Source: a virus (Duplodnaviria; Caudoviricetes). Taken from it: a DNA stretch of 46,320 nt. The notes under the pieces were generated by a model that made no database searches, was not told the DNA's origin, and worked only from the letters and a program-made list of their open reading frames with translations. The number at the start of each line of letters is the position of its first letter. The stretch's first letter is position 1. This document shows positions 9,906-19,361 of this stretch, piece by piece. The stretch is from the IMG/VR virus record IMGVR_UViG_3300046804_003679, positions 1-46,320 of that record; one strand, written 5' to 3'. A program made the translations under genes and the position numbers.

Positions 9906-11378
9906 TTATCTCGCTTTACGTTTTGCTTCTAACAAATAACCAAGGGGGCCCTTACTATCAGGCGGCAAATCTTTAGCGTCTGCCTTGCGTTTGTGTTCAC
10001 GAATTACCTGTAAAAACTCATCTAATAGATGCGCGCCACTATCGTTACTTCCGTTACCTAAACTTGATACTACATCGGCGGGTATTACAAACTCACCATT
10101 GGCTAACATGGCTGGCACGTCATCACTGGTGCCGTCACCTGCGCCTTTTACATATCTATTTTGTAATCCACCCTCACTAAAGAACTCGGGGTTGTGTCCC
10201 TCGATAGATCCGCCATCGGCGTATTGGGGCGGGTTCCAGTATTTTTGTAAACCAAAATCAGACTTGCCCTTCATTAAGTTTGGTTTTAGTTTTGTTAATC
10301 CTGTGACTGTGTCTTGATAATTAGTATCAACATATGAATCAACTTCACCAGCTGCAGCATAATGTTGAATATAGCCGCCCTCAGCTGCATTAATTGGTGC
10401 CAATGGTGCGTTAAACTGATCAATATTTAAATCAATCGGTTGGCCACGAACAAGACCAGCCTGCAGATTTGGTATGCCCATATTTTGCACGCCGGTTGAT
10501 CCGGCTCCCATACCCATGCCGGGCATGATATATTGACCTAATGTTGGCATTGTCATAGCACCACCAGTGCCACCCAATAAAGTTCGACCAATATTATACG
10601 CCTGACGTGCCTTATTGGCTGCGTCTAAAGCGTCTTTTAGTTCTTGTGGTATTAACGACTCACCAGTATCCCAAGACGTTGGGCTGCCTGGTTTGACATC
10701 GGTTGCTCTAGCTTGTTCTTGCACATCTTGTATTTCATACTGTGAATCGCCAGGATATTGTGCATTTGCTATTTCATCTAACCCTTCTAAAGAGGCTAAA
10801 GGATCACCAGCTGCACCCTCAATGCCCAACCCACTACCACCTTCTAAACCAAGTTCAGCAGCATACTCTGGCGATAATCCAACAAATCCTTCACCGGCCG
10901 TTGGTAAACCAGCTAATACATCACCAGCCGCTCCTGCGGTGCCTAGTTCACTACCGCCAGCCAATCCTAATTCTGTAGCAAACTCTGGAGACAATCCAAC
11001 AAATCCAGAACCCGCACCCGCTCCAGCGGCTTCAAGTCCAGCTATTCCGGCCAATACATCGCCAGCTGCTCCAGCTGTGCCAAGGGCACTACCGCCAGAC
11101 AATCCAAGTTCGGCTGCAGTAGCTGCATCAAGACCAACAAATCCAGCCGCTCCGGCTTCCGCACCAAGTGCTGGCAGTGCATAGGGGGCTGCAATTGCTA
11201 CCGCAACAGCGCCAACGGTTGCCCAGCCACCAGGAACTGTATCATTAACAGCTTCATCAATGGCTACACCGGCATCACCAATCGCTGGACCAGGATCAAC
11301 AGACGCCAGCATATCGCCGGCACTAGAGACGGCGTTCTCAACGATTGTTACGGGATTCCAACTTCCGCCGCCACCCAT
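9906..11378 (-). CDS. Putative ejection protein with hydrophobic N-terminal segment, Gly-rich repeats and C-terminal GDGTSDDVPAMLANGEFV domain
   Basis: 490 aa; GWATVGAVAVAIAAPYALP segment; 3 internal repeats; C-terminal motif like that of tape-measure proteins. Confidence 0.55.
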   Translation of the reverse strand: MGGGGSWNPVTIVENAVSSAGDMLASVDPGPAIGDAGVAIDEAVNDTVPGGWATVGAVAVAIAAPYALPALGAEAGAAGFVGLDAATAAELGLSGGSALGTAGAAGDVLAGIAGLEAAGAGAGSGFVGLSPEFATELGLAGGSELGTAGAAGDVLAGLPTAGEGFVGLSPEYAAELGLEGGSGLGIEGAAGDPLASLEGLDEIANAQYPGDSQYEIQDVQEQARATDVKPGSPTSWDTGESLIPQELKDALDAANKARQAYNIGRTLLGGTGGAMTMPTLGQYIMPGMGMGAGSTGVQNMGIPNLQAGLVRGQPIDLNIDQFNAPLAPINAAEGGYIQHYAAAGEVDSYVDTNYQDTVTGLTKLKPNLMKGKSDFGLQKYWNPPQYADGGSIEGHNPEFFSEGGLQNRYVKGAGDGTSDDVPAMLANGEFVIPADVVSSLGNGSNDSGAHLLDEFLQVIREHKRKADAKDLPPDSKGPLGYLLEAKRKAR

Positions 11379-11761
11379 TATATATTTCCTTGTACCTGAT
11401 CAGCAGGCGCCATCCAGTAATACCCTTCCTTATCGGATGGTTGAACGTCTACGCCCAATCGTTTTAATAGTTCTAATGTCTGAGGTATTTCTGCGCTGCC
11501 GTATACTGTCTCAATTTCAGAGTCACGAATTTTTTGTACAAACCCACGCAATGATTTTGCCAAAGTAAGGGGAGAATCGGCCGTATACAAATGCAGTTCA
11601 GCGTCATTGTCCGGCAACCCGATCAATAACAATAAGGAGTCGTTTTCCTGTAGCAAAACGGCTCCTTTATTTTCTACCAGTTTTTGAATTTTACGAATCA
11701 CAATGTCAGGATTGTAATCTTCTCTAGCAGCATCTTTACGGATTATTTCGGATGGGGTCAT
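11378..11761 (-). CDS. Hypothetical protein, possibly GNAT-like
   Basis: 127 aa ORF translationally coupled to next gene; AELHLY...LLKRLGV pattern; position preceding ejection genes. Confidence 0.45.
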   Translation of the reverse strand: MTPSEIIRKDAAREDYNPDIVIRKIQKLVENKGAVLLQENDSLLLLIGLPDNDAELHLYTADSPLTLAKSLRGFVQKIRDSEIETVYGSAEIPQTLELLKRLGVDVQPSDKEGYYWMAPADQVQGNI

Positions 11762-11777
11762 TTTTTAGATGTGACAA

Positions 11778-11803
11778 AATAGCCGTGGGTCAGCAAGGCT
11801 ATT
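11778..11803 (-). terminator. Possible intrinsic terminator
   Basis: AATAGCC/GGCTATT inverted repeat ending in a short T run on the minus strand, just after the 52-aa ORF. Confidence 0.4.
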
Positions 11804-11820
11804 GTTGTTTACTCAAATAA

Positions 11821-11979
11821 TTAGGCTGCTACTTTTTCTTTAGCGCGCTGTGCCAAAGCCTCTTGGGCGACTTTAGCAAACTCAGGGTTTACCGAGTTAG
11901 GATCTTTTGCGTGCTTGGCCATGATGGCATCGGCAACTGCTTTGTCGTTGAGGAATTTCATGGTTTGTTGGCCGTGCAT
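11821..11979 (-). CDS. Small hypothetical protein (52 aa, absent from ORF track)
   Basis: MHGQQTMKFLNDKAVADAIMAKHAKDPNSVNPEFAKVAQEALAQRAKEKVAA; AGGAG RBS; directly downstream of a late promoter motif. Confidence 0.75.
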   Translation of the reverse strand: MHGQQTMKFLNDKAVADAIMAKHAKDPNSVNPEFAKVAQEALAQRAKEKVAA

Positions 11980-12011
11980 GGTGCTCTCCTGTGGTTAAAT
12001 GCTTCTACTTA

Positions 12012-12042
12012 TACTAATGCAAAAATATTGTATTTGTCGCCC
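12012..12042 (-). promoter_or_regulatory. Putative phage late promoter GGGCG-N16-TGCATTAGTA
   Basis: Exact bipartite motif with 16-nt spacer, recurring in intergenic sites. Confidence 0.75.
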
Positions 12043-12046
12043 TAAA

Positions 12047-12298
12047 TCAAGTGGTTGGGCCATTTAAAATTAAACTAAAAGCGGTCGCCCAGTCTTGCCA
12101 GTTTGCAAACGCCTCGGGGTCTGGGACTGGAAAGCTATCAAAAGTAGCTAACTGGCCAATATTATTAGCAACCAGTTTCCAATTTTCTTCGGTGCCATAC
12201 ATTACTGGCTCTTCGCTAAAGTAATGTAAAAAACTACCATTCCAATCTTCCCAGGTCATATACTGTGGATTGACCGGAAAAAACTTTTGAATACTCAT
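12047..12298 (-). CDS. Hypothetical Trp-rich virion-associated protein
   Basis: 83 aa ORF overlapping nozzle gene stop by 4 nt. Confidence 0.65.
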   Translation of the reverse strand: MSIQKFFPVNPQYMTWEDWNGSFLHYFSEEPVMYGTEENWKLVANNIGQLATFDSFPVPDPEAFANWQDWATAFSLILNGPTT

Positions 12299-14430
12299 GG
12301 ACGCTCGTCGCCGTATTCTGCAGTGATCAACAGACGGCCCATCTCAAAATTGCCATCCAATACGTTGGACTCAAACTTTAACCGAACCTCGCGGTGCTCC
12401 ACGCGCAGGTCAATCTTGCCGGTGTCTGGGTCAAAATAAAACGGACCTGAGGTCTCTACAGCGCCCCTGGCAAACTTACGTCCCAGGATTGTCATACCCA
12501 TCGTGCCAGCTTGAACAAAATCTGGCTCAACACGTCTTAGGTGCATCCGTCGATTTACACCGGCTGCTGTATCATCTGCTGGAGTGCCTCCAACCCAACT
12601 AATATCACAGGTCGTAATATAAGAAGTTATTGCCAGCTCTTCATTAAACGTAATCTGGTTTGTGCCAAACTCATGCTGCCAGAGTGGATAGCCACCCTCA
12701 ATGTAATAAATAAAATCACCGGCGACTTGAACTGGATCAAAGTTTTCTTCGACTGTAATTAATGTTACGCCCTCTGGGTTTGTGGCGGTTACGGCAGACG
12801 TAAAAATAAATTGACTGGTTAGTATCTTGTATACTGGTGGGTTGCCTGTGTTAGTCAGTGCAATATAGTCACCAGCGCCAAACGTAGCCGTCACGTCTCC
12901 ACTAATATACACCTGGTTATTGTTCGGCGGTGACTCGCTAGGTGGTTCGTCAATTACCTCAAACGGAATACTGAATGTGTTTAGATCTTCCCAGCCAGCC
13001 CAGATTGGTGTTGGGAAGACTTCTGTAGTATATCCACAAGATCTACGTGCACCGGGCGCGCTGCCAGCGTCATACCAGATTTTATCTTTGACGTTATAGA
13101 TAATTGCGTCGGTGCATTCGGTAGCATCGCCGCGGGGATAAAAGAACCAGATCTCGTTATACCGAGGTACTTTGGTAGCCCATACCTTTTGGCGCTGTAC
13201 AAAATTGAGGTTATCAAATAGCCAGTTTACGTTCTTATCATTTGGCAGTACAGAAACCGCACCGTTGTATAGGTAGAAACGGTCGACACCCATCCAGTAA
13301 AATATACCATCCATCTCTACAAAGCACGAGGATGATATTGTAGAGATCTGGCTAGAAATAATATCGTATCTCCAGTACAGTGGGGCCGTACCAGTAAACG
13401 AGACACGAATCAAACTATCAGTTGCCCAGAATAGTCCCGATGGTGAGTTAGTACCACCGCGCACTGGGATACCTTTTACAATCTTAGACGAGGCCATATT
13501 GACCTGGTTGGCGGTCGGGCCGTTCCAATCAGTAATTGTCTGCTGATTGTATGTTGTTAAATCTGCGTTTGTATCGACATGGTTGTTAGCAATAAAACCA
13601 TCAGACCCATATACGAATGTATAGGGATATAATACGCAGACACCACCATCTACAACGATTGGGCGATAGGTTGGGTTTTGTCCACCAGTATCTGCCAATC
13701 CATAAAAATTCCATTCGTTCAACGAGTCAGGCAACAAACCGCCAGTTAGCACTTGAGTCTGAATGGCGTTGTCAATATTTGCCAGATTATGCCCGGGGTG
13801 CGCTAACACTTGTAGCGAACCGCCTGCGGGCGAATACTGTAAATCAAACTGCCATAATAAATATGGATCGGGTGCGAACGTTACATCATACAGCGCAACC
13901 GTTGTTGGTGTGCCAGCAATGCTGGCTGCTGTTACTGTTACCGTTGTATTTGGGGCGCCGTATGTTGCGCTAATAACGGTGGTCGCTGTGGTAATGTCGT
14001 CATCAAATATGACAATCATGCCAGCGGGGAATGCTGCGGTTACATCTCCAGCAATAACAAACTGGCTGGTTGTATTTGATACTAATGTAAACGGCGAATA
14101 CCCGGGTAAAATATTTACAGTAAGCGGACCACTGCCAACACCAAACGTAGTGCCTGTTGTAAATACTTCTAAGCCATACTGATTACCAACAAAAACATAG
14201 TTAACTCCATTAAAGGAGTTAGCAATCATGCCGCGTGGGATACCCGTAAAGGTAGAAAACAGTTCGCGATAACCACCCATTTTCTTGGGCACACCACGCT
14301 GAAAACGGCACCATTCTCCGTCACTAAACTCGCGTGACTCAAATGTGGTCCCGTCTCGTTTAATACCCGGCTGAACACGAAGTGTATAGACCAGATTATA
14401 TTGATCTGGTACTTTGTTTTCCCCAGCCAT
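12295..14430 (-). CDS. Tail nozzle / DNA stabilization protein (P22 gp10 / tubular protein B-like)
   Basis: 711 aa beta-rich; PGIKRDGT...WCRFQRGVPKKMGGY N-terminus; FYWMGVDRFY, NEIWFFYP; follows adaptor genes. Confidence 0.7.
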   Translation of the reverse strand: MAGENKVPDQYNLVYTLRVQPGIKRDGTTFESREFSDGEWCRFQRGVPKKMGGYRELFSTFTGIPRGMIANSFNGVNYVFVGNQYGLEVFTTGTTFGVGSGPLTVNILPGYSPFTLVSNTTSQFVIAGDVTAAFPAGMIVIFDDDITTATTVISATYGAPNTTVTVTAASIAGTPTTVALYDVTFAPDPYLLWQFDLQYSPAGGSLQVLAHPGHNLANIDNAIQTQVLTGGLLPDSLNEWNFYGLADTGGQNPTYRPIVVDGGVCVLYPYTFVYGSDGFIANNHVDTNADLTTYNQQTITDWNGPTANQVNMASSKIVKGIPVRGGTNSPSGLFWATDSLIRVSFTGTAPLYWRYDIISSQISTISSSCFVEMDGIFYWMGVDRFYLYNGAVSVLPNDKNVNWLFDNLNFVQRQKVWATKVPRYNEIWFFYPRGDATECTDAIIYNVKDKIWYDAGSAPGARRSCGYTTEVFPTPIWAGWEDLNTFSIPFEVIDEPPSESPPNNNQVYISGDVTATFGAGDYIALTNTGNPPVYKILTSQFIFTSAVTATNPEGVTLITVEENFDPVQVAGDFIYYIEGGYPLWQHEFGTNQITFNEELAITSYITTCDISWVGGTPADDTAAGVNRRMHLRRVEPDFVQAGTMGMTILGRKFARGAVETSGPFYFDPDTGKIDLRVEHREVRLKFESNVLDGNFEMGRLLITAEYGDERP

Positions 14431-15692
14431 TAGAACGTCCCGCCACCAATTAATCCTGCGTTAAATGTTGCTGGTGTTGATACTTGTGGGCTTAGTGTAT
14501 TTGTATTATCAATCTCCAACATGAGCGTTGAGTTTGCTGATAAACCGAGCACGCTGGTACCAACTAAATACATACCAGTGTTGGTGTCATTCGTAAAGGA
14601 AAAAGATGGACCGGCTGCTGTGCCGTCATCGGCATAGTAAAAACCAACCGTTGTCTGGCTAATTACATATAATTGATTACCATCACTCAATGCCAAGATA
14701 ACGCCACCGTTACCTAACGGGATGGGTGTCTGCAAACTACCAGAGATTTGGAATGTGACGTTATAACCAGGTTGTCCAGTATTGTTTACCAATACATACA
14801 GCTGGGTTGTTGCGGGTAATGTAACGTCTAAATCAACCGATCGAGTACCGGCTAGAGCAACATACGTCTGGATAATTGGCGCGTAGGATACTAAGCTAAA
14901 CGTATTGCCAACGATAGAATCTACGTCATATGTTGCTGATGTAAATGTTACATTTGATGGTACGGCTAATCCTACAGTAAAGAAATTACCAGAAGATTGT
15001 TGGAATAAAATAAAACCAGACTCGCCAGGATTAACGGTAATATCCGCCAGGCTGTCGATTGTTGAGGTACCTTGTGGAGCAATGGTGATCGCGCCCGTGC
15101 CGTTATTTCTAAACGCAATATACCAACCGCCGGATAGACTGGCAGCAGTTGGCAGAGTAAATGAGCCATTACCGCCGGTCCAGACAAATGTTGACGCGCG
15201 GCTTGAGTCTGTAATTGTTGGTGTGGAAGATACCGCAACAATGTTTTGTGTGGTATTTAGTTTTCCAGCAAGCGCCACTAAACCAGCACCAGCTAGTGAG
15301 GCCGCATCAGCGGAAGACGTACCAGCACCAAACGTTACGTTTTGCCAGACACCGGCAGAAGTTGTATTATCCGATAAATAAAAATATTTAGATACACCTG
15401 CAGCAATTGATACTGATCCAGTGCCGTCAAAGTCTTCTACCGTAAATGTATCAGAACCAAAGTTGCGAATTAAAATATCAGCGCCGGTGGTTCCCTGGTC
15501 TGCTTGTGGTAATGAGATAACCAATCCGGTTGTGGACGGTGTGCAGTCAATAATACGAGCGGCAGGTACCTGCTGTGGGTTAACAACGGCAGGCCAGTAG
15601 AGCTGTACATTAGAGCTAAAGTTAAGCTCGTAGTACGATACGTCGGTTGGCTGTACAACGGTGCCGGTAAACGGTGATGTGTAGATTGGCAT
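14430..15692 (-). CDS. Tail/virion structural protein
   Basis: 420 aa Thr/Ser/Gly-rich beta protein with fibre-like C-terminus (GTAAGPSFSFTNDTNTGMY). Confidence 0.6.
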   Translation of the reverse strand: MPIYTSPFTGTVVQPTDVSYYELNFSSNVQLYWPAVVNPQQVPAARIIDCTPSTTGLVISLPQADQGTTGADILIRNFGSDTFTVEDFDGTGSVSIAAGVSKYFYLSDNTTSAGVWQNVTFGAGTSSADAASLAGAGLVALAGKLNTTQNIVAVSSTPTITDSSRASTFVWTGGNGSFTLPTAASLSGGWYIAFRNNGTGAITIAPQGTSTIDSLADITVNPGESGFILFQQSSGNFFTVGLAVPSNVTFTSATYDVDSIVGNTFSLVSYAPIIQTYVALAGTRSVDLDVTLPATTQLYVLVNNTGQPGYNVTFQISGSLQTPIPLGNGGVILALSDGNQLYVISQTTVGFYYADDGTAAGPSFSFTNDTNTGMYLVGTSVLGLSANSTLMLEIDNTNTLSPQVSTPATFNAGLIGGGTF

Positions 15693-15695
15693 ATA

Positions 15696-16316
15696 TTATG
15701 GTTCCTGAACCGTAGTATTTCTGTCAATGCGGCGCGAGCTATCTTCTTTCTTCAAGGCGGCTAATGACTCAGTGTAGTATCCTTTCCAAACAGGCAATTT
15801 ATCTAAGGCTTTTAAATAGCCCTGTGCCTGAAGTAAAGTACCAAACAACATTGCCTGTGGGCACTCACGGGTAAATAAATTTTGTTGGTTGCTGCTGTCT
15901 AATGGCTGGATTAGGCTGTAGTAGATAATCTCAACCGGATAATCCTGGTCTGGCTTGGGTGCAAAGTTCCAATTGTTATAATCATACTCACCATAATACT
16001 TCGGCTGTGCGTTATCAGATTCTGATTGGTACTGTGCAATATAATCTTGTGAACGTAGCAAGACTGGTGCGCCATTAACTTTCATTGATACCGTTTTACG
16101 CCAGCGGGCTGGTTTTGCTAATACGTCTTGGTTTGTTGCCAATGTTGTCTCTACAACAGTTAACTGCAATAATGATTTTAACTCAGCAGCAATCGCCGCC
16201 TCGGCTAAACCAATTAAGCTAGGAATCTGGGCAACAAAACCTTCGTCGTTACGCTCCATGTAACGCTGAACGTCAAGCACCAGATTATCGTAGGTCATTA
16301 CGTATGCGCCGCTCAT
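15696..16316 (-). CDS. Head-tail adaptor protein
   Basis: 206 aa; MTYDNL..DVQRYMER.D..F..QIP.LI.LAE..I pattern typical of phage adaptor proteins. Confidence 0.65.
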   Translation of the reverse strand: MSGAYVMTYDNLVLDVQRYMERNDEGFVAQIPSLIGLAEAAIAAELKSLLQLTVVETTLATNQDVLAKPARWRKTVSMKVNGAPVLLRSQDYIAQYQSESDNAQPKYYGEYDYNNWNFAPKPDQDYPVEIIYYSLIQPLDSSNQQNLFTRECPQAMLFGTLLQAQGYLKALDKLPVWKGYYTESLAALKKEDSSRRIDRNTTVQEP

Positions 16317-17380
16317 CGTGTATAGTAACTGTAGTTAGGTTGGAAATAAATTGGTGACTTGTCACGCTCTTCTTGTGCCGCGTCGTACTCTAACTGCGTT
16401 GCAATCTTTTCTAAATATTGAACACGCGATAACTCAATCTGCGGTAACTGCATCGCCAGTTTATGTGATAGTGATGCCTGGATTGAGCCAATCCAGCGAT
16501 TTGGCACATACAGCTCATTAGTCAACGAGCCAACGTCTGGCATCTGTCGCTCAATAACTAACTGAAACATTTGGAAGTCATTGTTTGGCACGGGCCAGAG
16601 GTACATGGTTGGGTCAATCGTACGATCAAACCAGTATTGCAAAGAACGAACTGATGGGAACTGTTTGTTTGGTAAGTTCCAGTAGTCGTCACGATTTAGA
16701 CGCGCCAAGGGGATAACTTGTTGGCTTGTTGAAAATACAATCTCACGTACGGTAAACGTAGTTGCCACGGTTTCACGCAGGCGATAGAAATAATGGTTTG
16801 GTGTGGTGCTAATGTTAAAGTAGGCCCACTCGCGATCTTTGAGGGTGGTCTCTGGTAACTGTTTTACAGTTGTCCAGGTTACACCGTCATCACTAACCTC
16901 ATACGCAAAATTGTAAGTTGTAGTACCACCACCAGCCGCGTAGCCATTAAACCCGACGTAAAAAACTGGGAGCGCGTCTTGGTACTCAATACCAAAAAAA
17001 TTCGAACCAATGGTTGAGGTTGCTGTGACATCAAGGTTTTGATCAAACGCAGCTGGCGAGTCTGGATTAGATACCGGTAAATACTCGGCCGCTTGTGAGT
17101 TAATAATGTATACCCAGTTTGATTCACGCACGTCGATCGTACCAGGGGGCAGAACTAACTGCTGTTGTGCCGTAACAGCACCACACAAATAGTTTTCTAA
17201 CAGCCAGAGATTAACGCCGCGGTTAGAAAGATTTTGTAAAATATAGAACAGTGCCTGTTTACCAGCCTCAATGTACTCGGGGCTTATTTCTTCAGCAGTT
17301 TTACCAGCATCACGATATGCGTACGAGATCAACTGATCTACGTTGATCTTGGTCTGGTTAGTGGTACCAGAGTAAGCCAT
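16313..17380 (-). CDS. Head-tail connector/adaptor with inserted discoidin-like domain
   Basis: 355 aa; LISYAYRDAG...LSNRGVNLW; central YEVSDDGVTWTTV...YFYRLRE segment; MYLWPVP. Confidence 0.6.
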   Translation of the reverse strand: MAYSGTTNQTKINVDQLISYAYRDAGKTAEEISPEYIEAGKQALFYILQNLSNRGVNLWLLENYLCGAVTAQQQLVLPPGTIDVRESNWVYIINSQAAEYLPVSNPDSPAAFDQNLDVTATSTIGSNFFGIEYQDALPVFYVGFNGYAAGGGTTTYNFAYEVSDDGVTWTTVKQLPETTLKDREWAYFNISTTPNHYFYRLRETVATTFTVREIVFSTSQQVIPLARLNRDDYWNLPNKQFPSVRSLQYWFDRTIDPTMYLWPVPNNDFQMFQLVIERQMPDVGSLTNELYVPNRWIGSIQASLSHKLAMQLPQIELSRVQYLEKIATQLEYDAAQEERDKSPIYFQPNYSYYTR

Positions 17381-17383
17381 AAA

Positions 17384-17551
17384 TTAACGTCCTCTGCCGG
17401 CTGCGCGCTTTTGTACTTTTTGTGGAAGGTTTGCTTTTGCTTTGCCGGCCTTGATAAACTCTTTACCAACCTTTTTAGGGATGCCTAAGGTTGATTTACC
17501 GGCTGCTGCGGCGTACATCGCTTTTTGTTGTTGCTTGGACTCGATTGGCAT
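17384..17551 (-). CDS. Small basic hypothetical protein
   Basis: [32 protein letters not shown]...; start at MPIES directly follows upstream stop. Confidence 0.65.
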   Translation of the reverse strand: MPIESKQQQKAMYAAAAGKSTLGIPKKVGKEFIKAGKAKANLPQKVQKRAAGRGR

Positions 17552-17552
17552 A

Positions 17553-18296
17553 TTAACAGGCCTTTCCACCATGTTTCATTGGGGTCTTGGATTTGCTCTT
17601 AAACGTCTCCATGATCCCACGCTTTAATTTACGCAAGGGGCCGGCGACCATCTCGCGGGTCTCTACGTTCTCTTTCGTTGCCTCTTCGTCAACGATCTGC
17701 TGTGGTAACTTACCGGCGGGCATACGAGCGCTTTCCTCGTCAGTTACCATGCCGCCGTTAGCATACTTTTTTGCGAGGCCACCCTTCTTTGCGTAGCCCA
17801 TCTTGTTACGGACGTTAGTTGGCAGTTTGGCTAGGCCAGGGTTCTCTTCTGCGTCAACTTCTTTTAAAGAGCCACCCTCAGCATACTTTTTTGCAGCACC
17901 ACCCTTCTTAAAGGGGGTTTGTTCTGCCATCATCGCAGCGCTTGGGGCCTCTGCTTTTTTAGTTTTGGTCAGCTTGATCTTTTGAATGTCTTTAAGGTCA
18001 GAGTCATCCTTCTTCATTTTGATCGAGCCGCCTGCTTTGTATTTACCAACGAGCTTGCTCTTGCCGCCGGTTTTTAGTTTTAGCTTGGTCTTTGGCTCGT
18101 CTTTATGGAGGGCCTCTTCGTGCTGTTTAACACCACGTTTTACCATTGACTTGTCCTGGGCAATATCTTTGCTCATTTCTTCGGACTCAGCGTGGCCGCC
18201 TTTTTTATAGCATGAGCCGCCGCCAGCGTATTTTGATTTGACTGCGCCGCCTTCTTTGAAGCATTGCATTTTGGGGAGTTTGTTAAAGCCTTCCAT
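17553..18296 (-). CDS. Lys-rich protein with 10 xxxGG motifs (putative internal head protein)
   Basis: 247 aa; FKEGG, YAGGG, YKKGG, LKTGG, YKAGG, FKKGG, YAEGG, AKKGG, YANGG, MKHGG; own late promoter and GAGG RBS. Confidence 0.7.
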   Translation of the reverse strand: MEGFNKLPKMQCFKEGGAVKSKYAGGGSCYKKGGHAESEEMSKDIAQDKSMVKRGVKQHEEALHKDEPKTKLKLKTGGKSKLVGKYKAGGSIKMKKDDSDLKDIQKIKLTKTKKAEAPSAAMMAEQTPFKKGGAAKKYAEGGSLKEVDAEENPGLAKLPTNVRNKMGYAKKGGLAKKYANGGMVTDEESARMPAGKLPQQIVDEEATKENVETREMVAGPLRKLKRGIMETFKSKSKTPMKHGGKAC

Positions 18297-18347
18297 GGTG
18301 TTTCCTCGAGGTTAAAATGAACAAAATAGGATGATCAGTCCTACATC

Positions 18348-18378
18348 TACTAATGCAAAATATAGGGGTTTTACGCCC
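18348..18378 (-). promoter_or_regulatory. Putative phage late promoter GGGCG-N16-TGCATTAGTA
   Basis: Exact bipartite motif, 16-nt spacer. Confidence 0.75.
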
Positions 18379-18886
18379 CTGCTAAAAACAGTGTCCGCTC
18401 AATCTGACGGCGCTTTTTAAGGACAGGAGGATTGCTCCAGTTCATAAACGAGTCAGCGGCTTTGTGGACGTTGCCCTCGTTTAGGTACTTCATCACCTCG
18501 GACTTAACAAAGTTGTCCGGGCCAATGTTATGGCACAGGCTCAAGAGAGCATTAATCTGGGGCCTGTTGATACCCGTGTTTAAACTGGATTCCAGGGCCG
18601 TGGTGCACTTTTCTAGGTCCTGGTGTAGGATACCCATCACCTCCTCCTCAGAGAGCTCCCTGTGGATCAAATCGCGGGTCTGGCGTTTGATAAGGTGACC
18701 CACCCCAATCGTCCAGTTACCCTCACTATCACGGTAGGCCTTGTGGCGCTTACCCTCAAAGTGCTCAATCAGCGCAATCGTGGAGTGATCGACCCAATTA
18801 AACGGGCTGGTCTCCTTATGCTGCGCTGCGTTAAATATAACCGCCATTACGGCAAAAAATAGGCAAAATATGGCCTTGACCATCAT
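18371..18886 (-). CDS. GH24 lysozyme (endolysin) with hydrophobic N-terminal signal/SAR-like segment
   Basis: FEG...AYRDSEGNWTIGVGH catalytic E-x8-D-x5-T; ALLSLCHNIG; RRQIER. Confidence 0.9.
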   Translation of the reverse strand: MMVKAIFCLFFAVMAVIFNAAQHKETSPFNWVDHSTIALIEHFEGKRHKAYRDSEGNWTIGVGHLIKRQTRDLIHRELSEEEVMGILHQDLEKCTTALESSLNTGINRPQINALLSLCHNIGPDNFVKSEVMKYLNEGNVHKAADSFMNWSNPPVLKKRRQIERTLFLAGA

Positions 18887-18926
18887 ACCCTCCTTTTTGA
18901 TTAGTTTATACTAATGCAAACTTTAG

Positions 18927-19361
18927 TTAAGAGAAGGGTCTAGTGCCCGATTTGTCAATAATGAGAGCCTGCTTACGAGGCGCGGTGTCTTTTGTGTTTG
19001 GCACGCTGATGTGTGTCCAGGAGCCAAACTCTTCAATAATCTGGTCAAATGGTATTCCTCCATCGATGCAGGCCTGGACCACCTGTTTGGGTGTCATCCC
19101 AGGCACGCGAATGTCTGCCGCGCAACCAATCCGGTGCTGGCTAGTGTCTTTCGATCCTACCGCATCATTCACGGGTTTAGACCGGAATGCGGAGTTTACA
19201 AGGATCGGCTTGTTGAGTAGGGCGCGGACTTGTTCTAATAACTCAGCCACGCGCACGAGGTTTGCCACCTCGGTAGCGTTAGGAGTGTTGTCTAGCCCCT
19301 TGCGTTGAGCCACCTCGGATACGGTCAGCTCCTCAAGTGTAAAGTTAGGACTTAGATTCAT
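18927..19361 (-). CDS. Peptidase M15 family endolysin
   Basis: NSAFRS..VNDAVG....SQH..G.AADI, FDQII.E...WTHIS Zn-binding motifs. Confidence 0.9.
   Translation of the reverse strand: MNLSPNFTLEELTVSEVAQRKGLDNTPNATEVANLVRVAELLEQVRALLNKPILVNSAFRSKPVNDAVGSKDTSQHRIGCAADIRVPGMTPKQVVQACIDGGIPFDQIIEEFGSWTHISVPNTKDTAPRKQALIIDKSGTRPFS

Noticed and set aside
12012-12042. Late motif as a sigma54 promoter (GG...TGC)
   Set aside because: Spacing between GG and GC is far longer than the -24/-12 requirement
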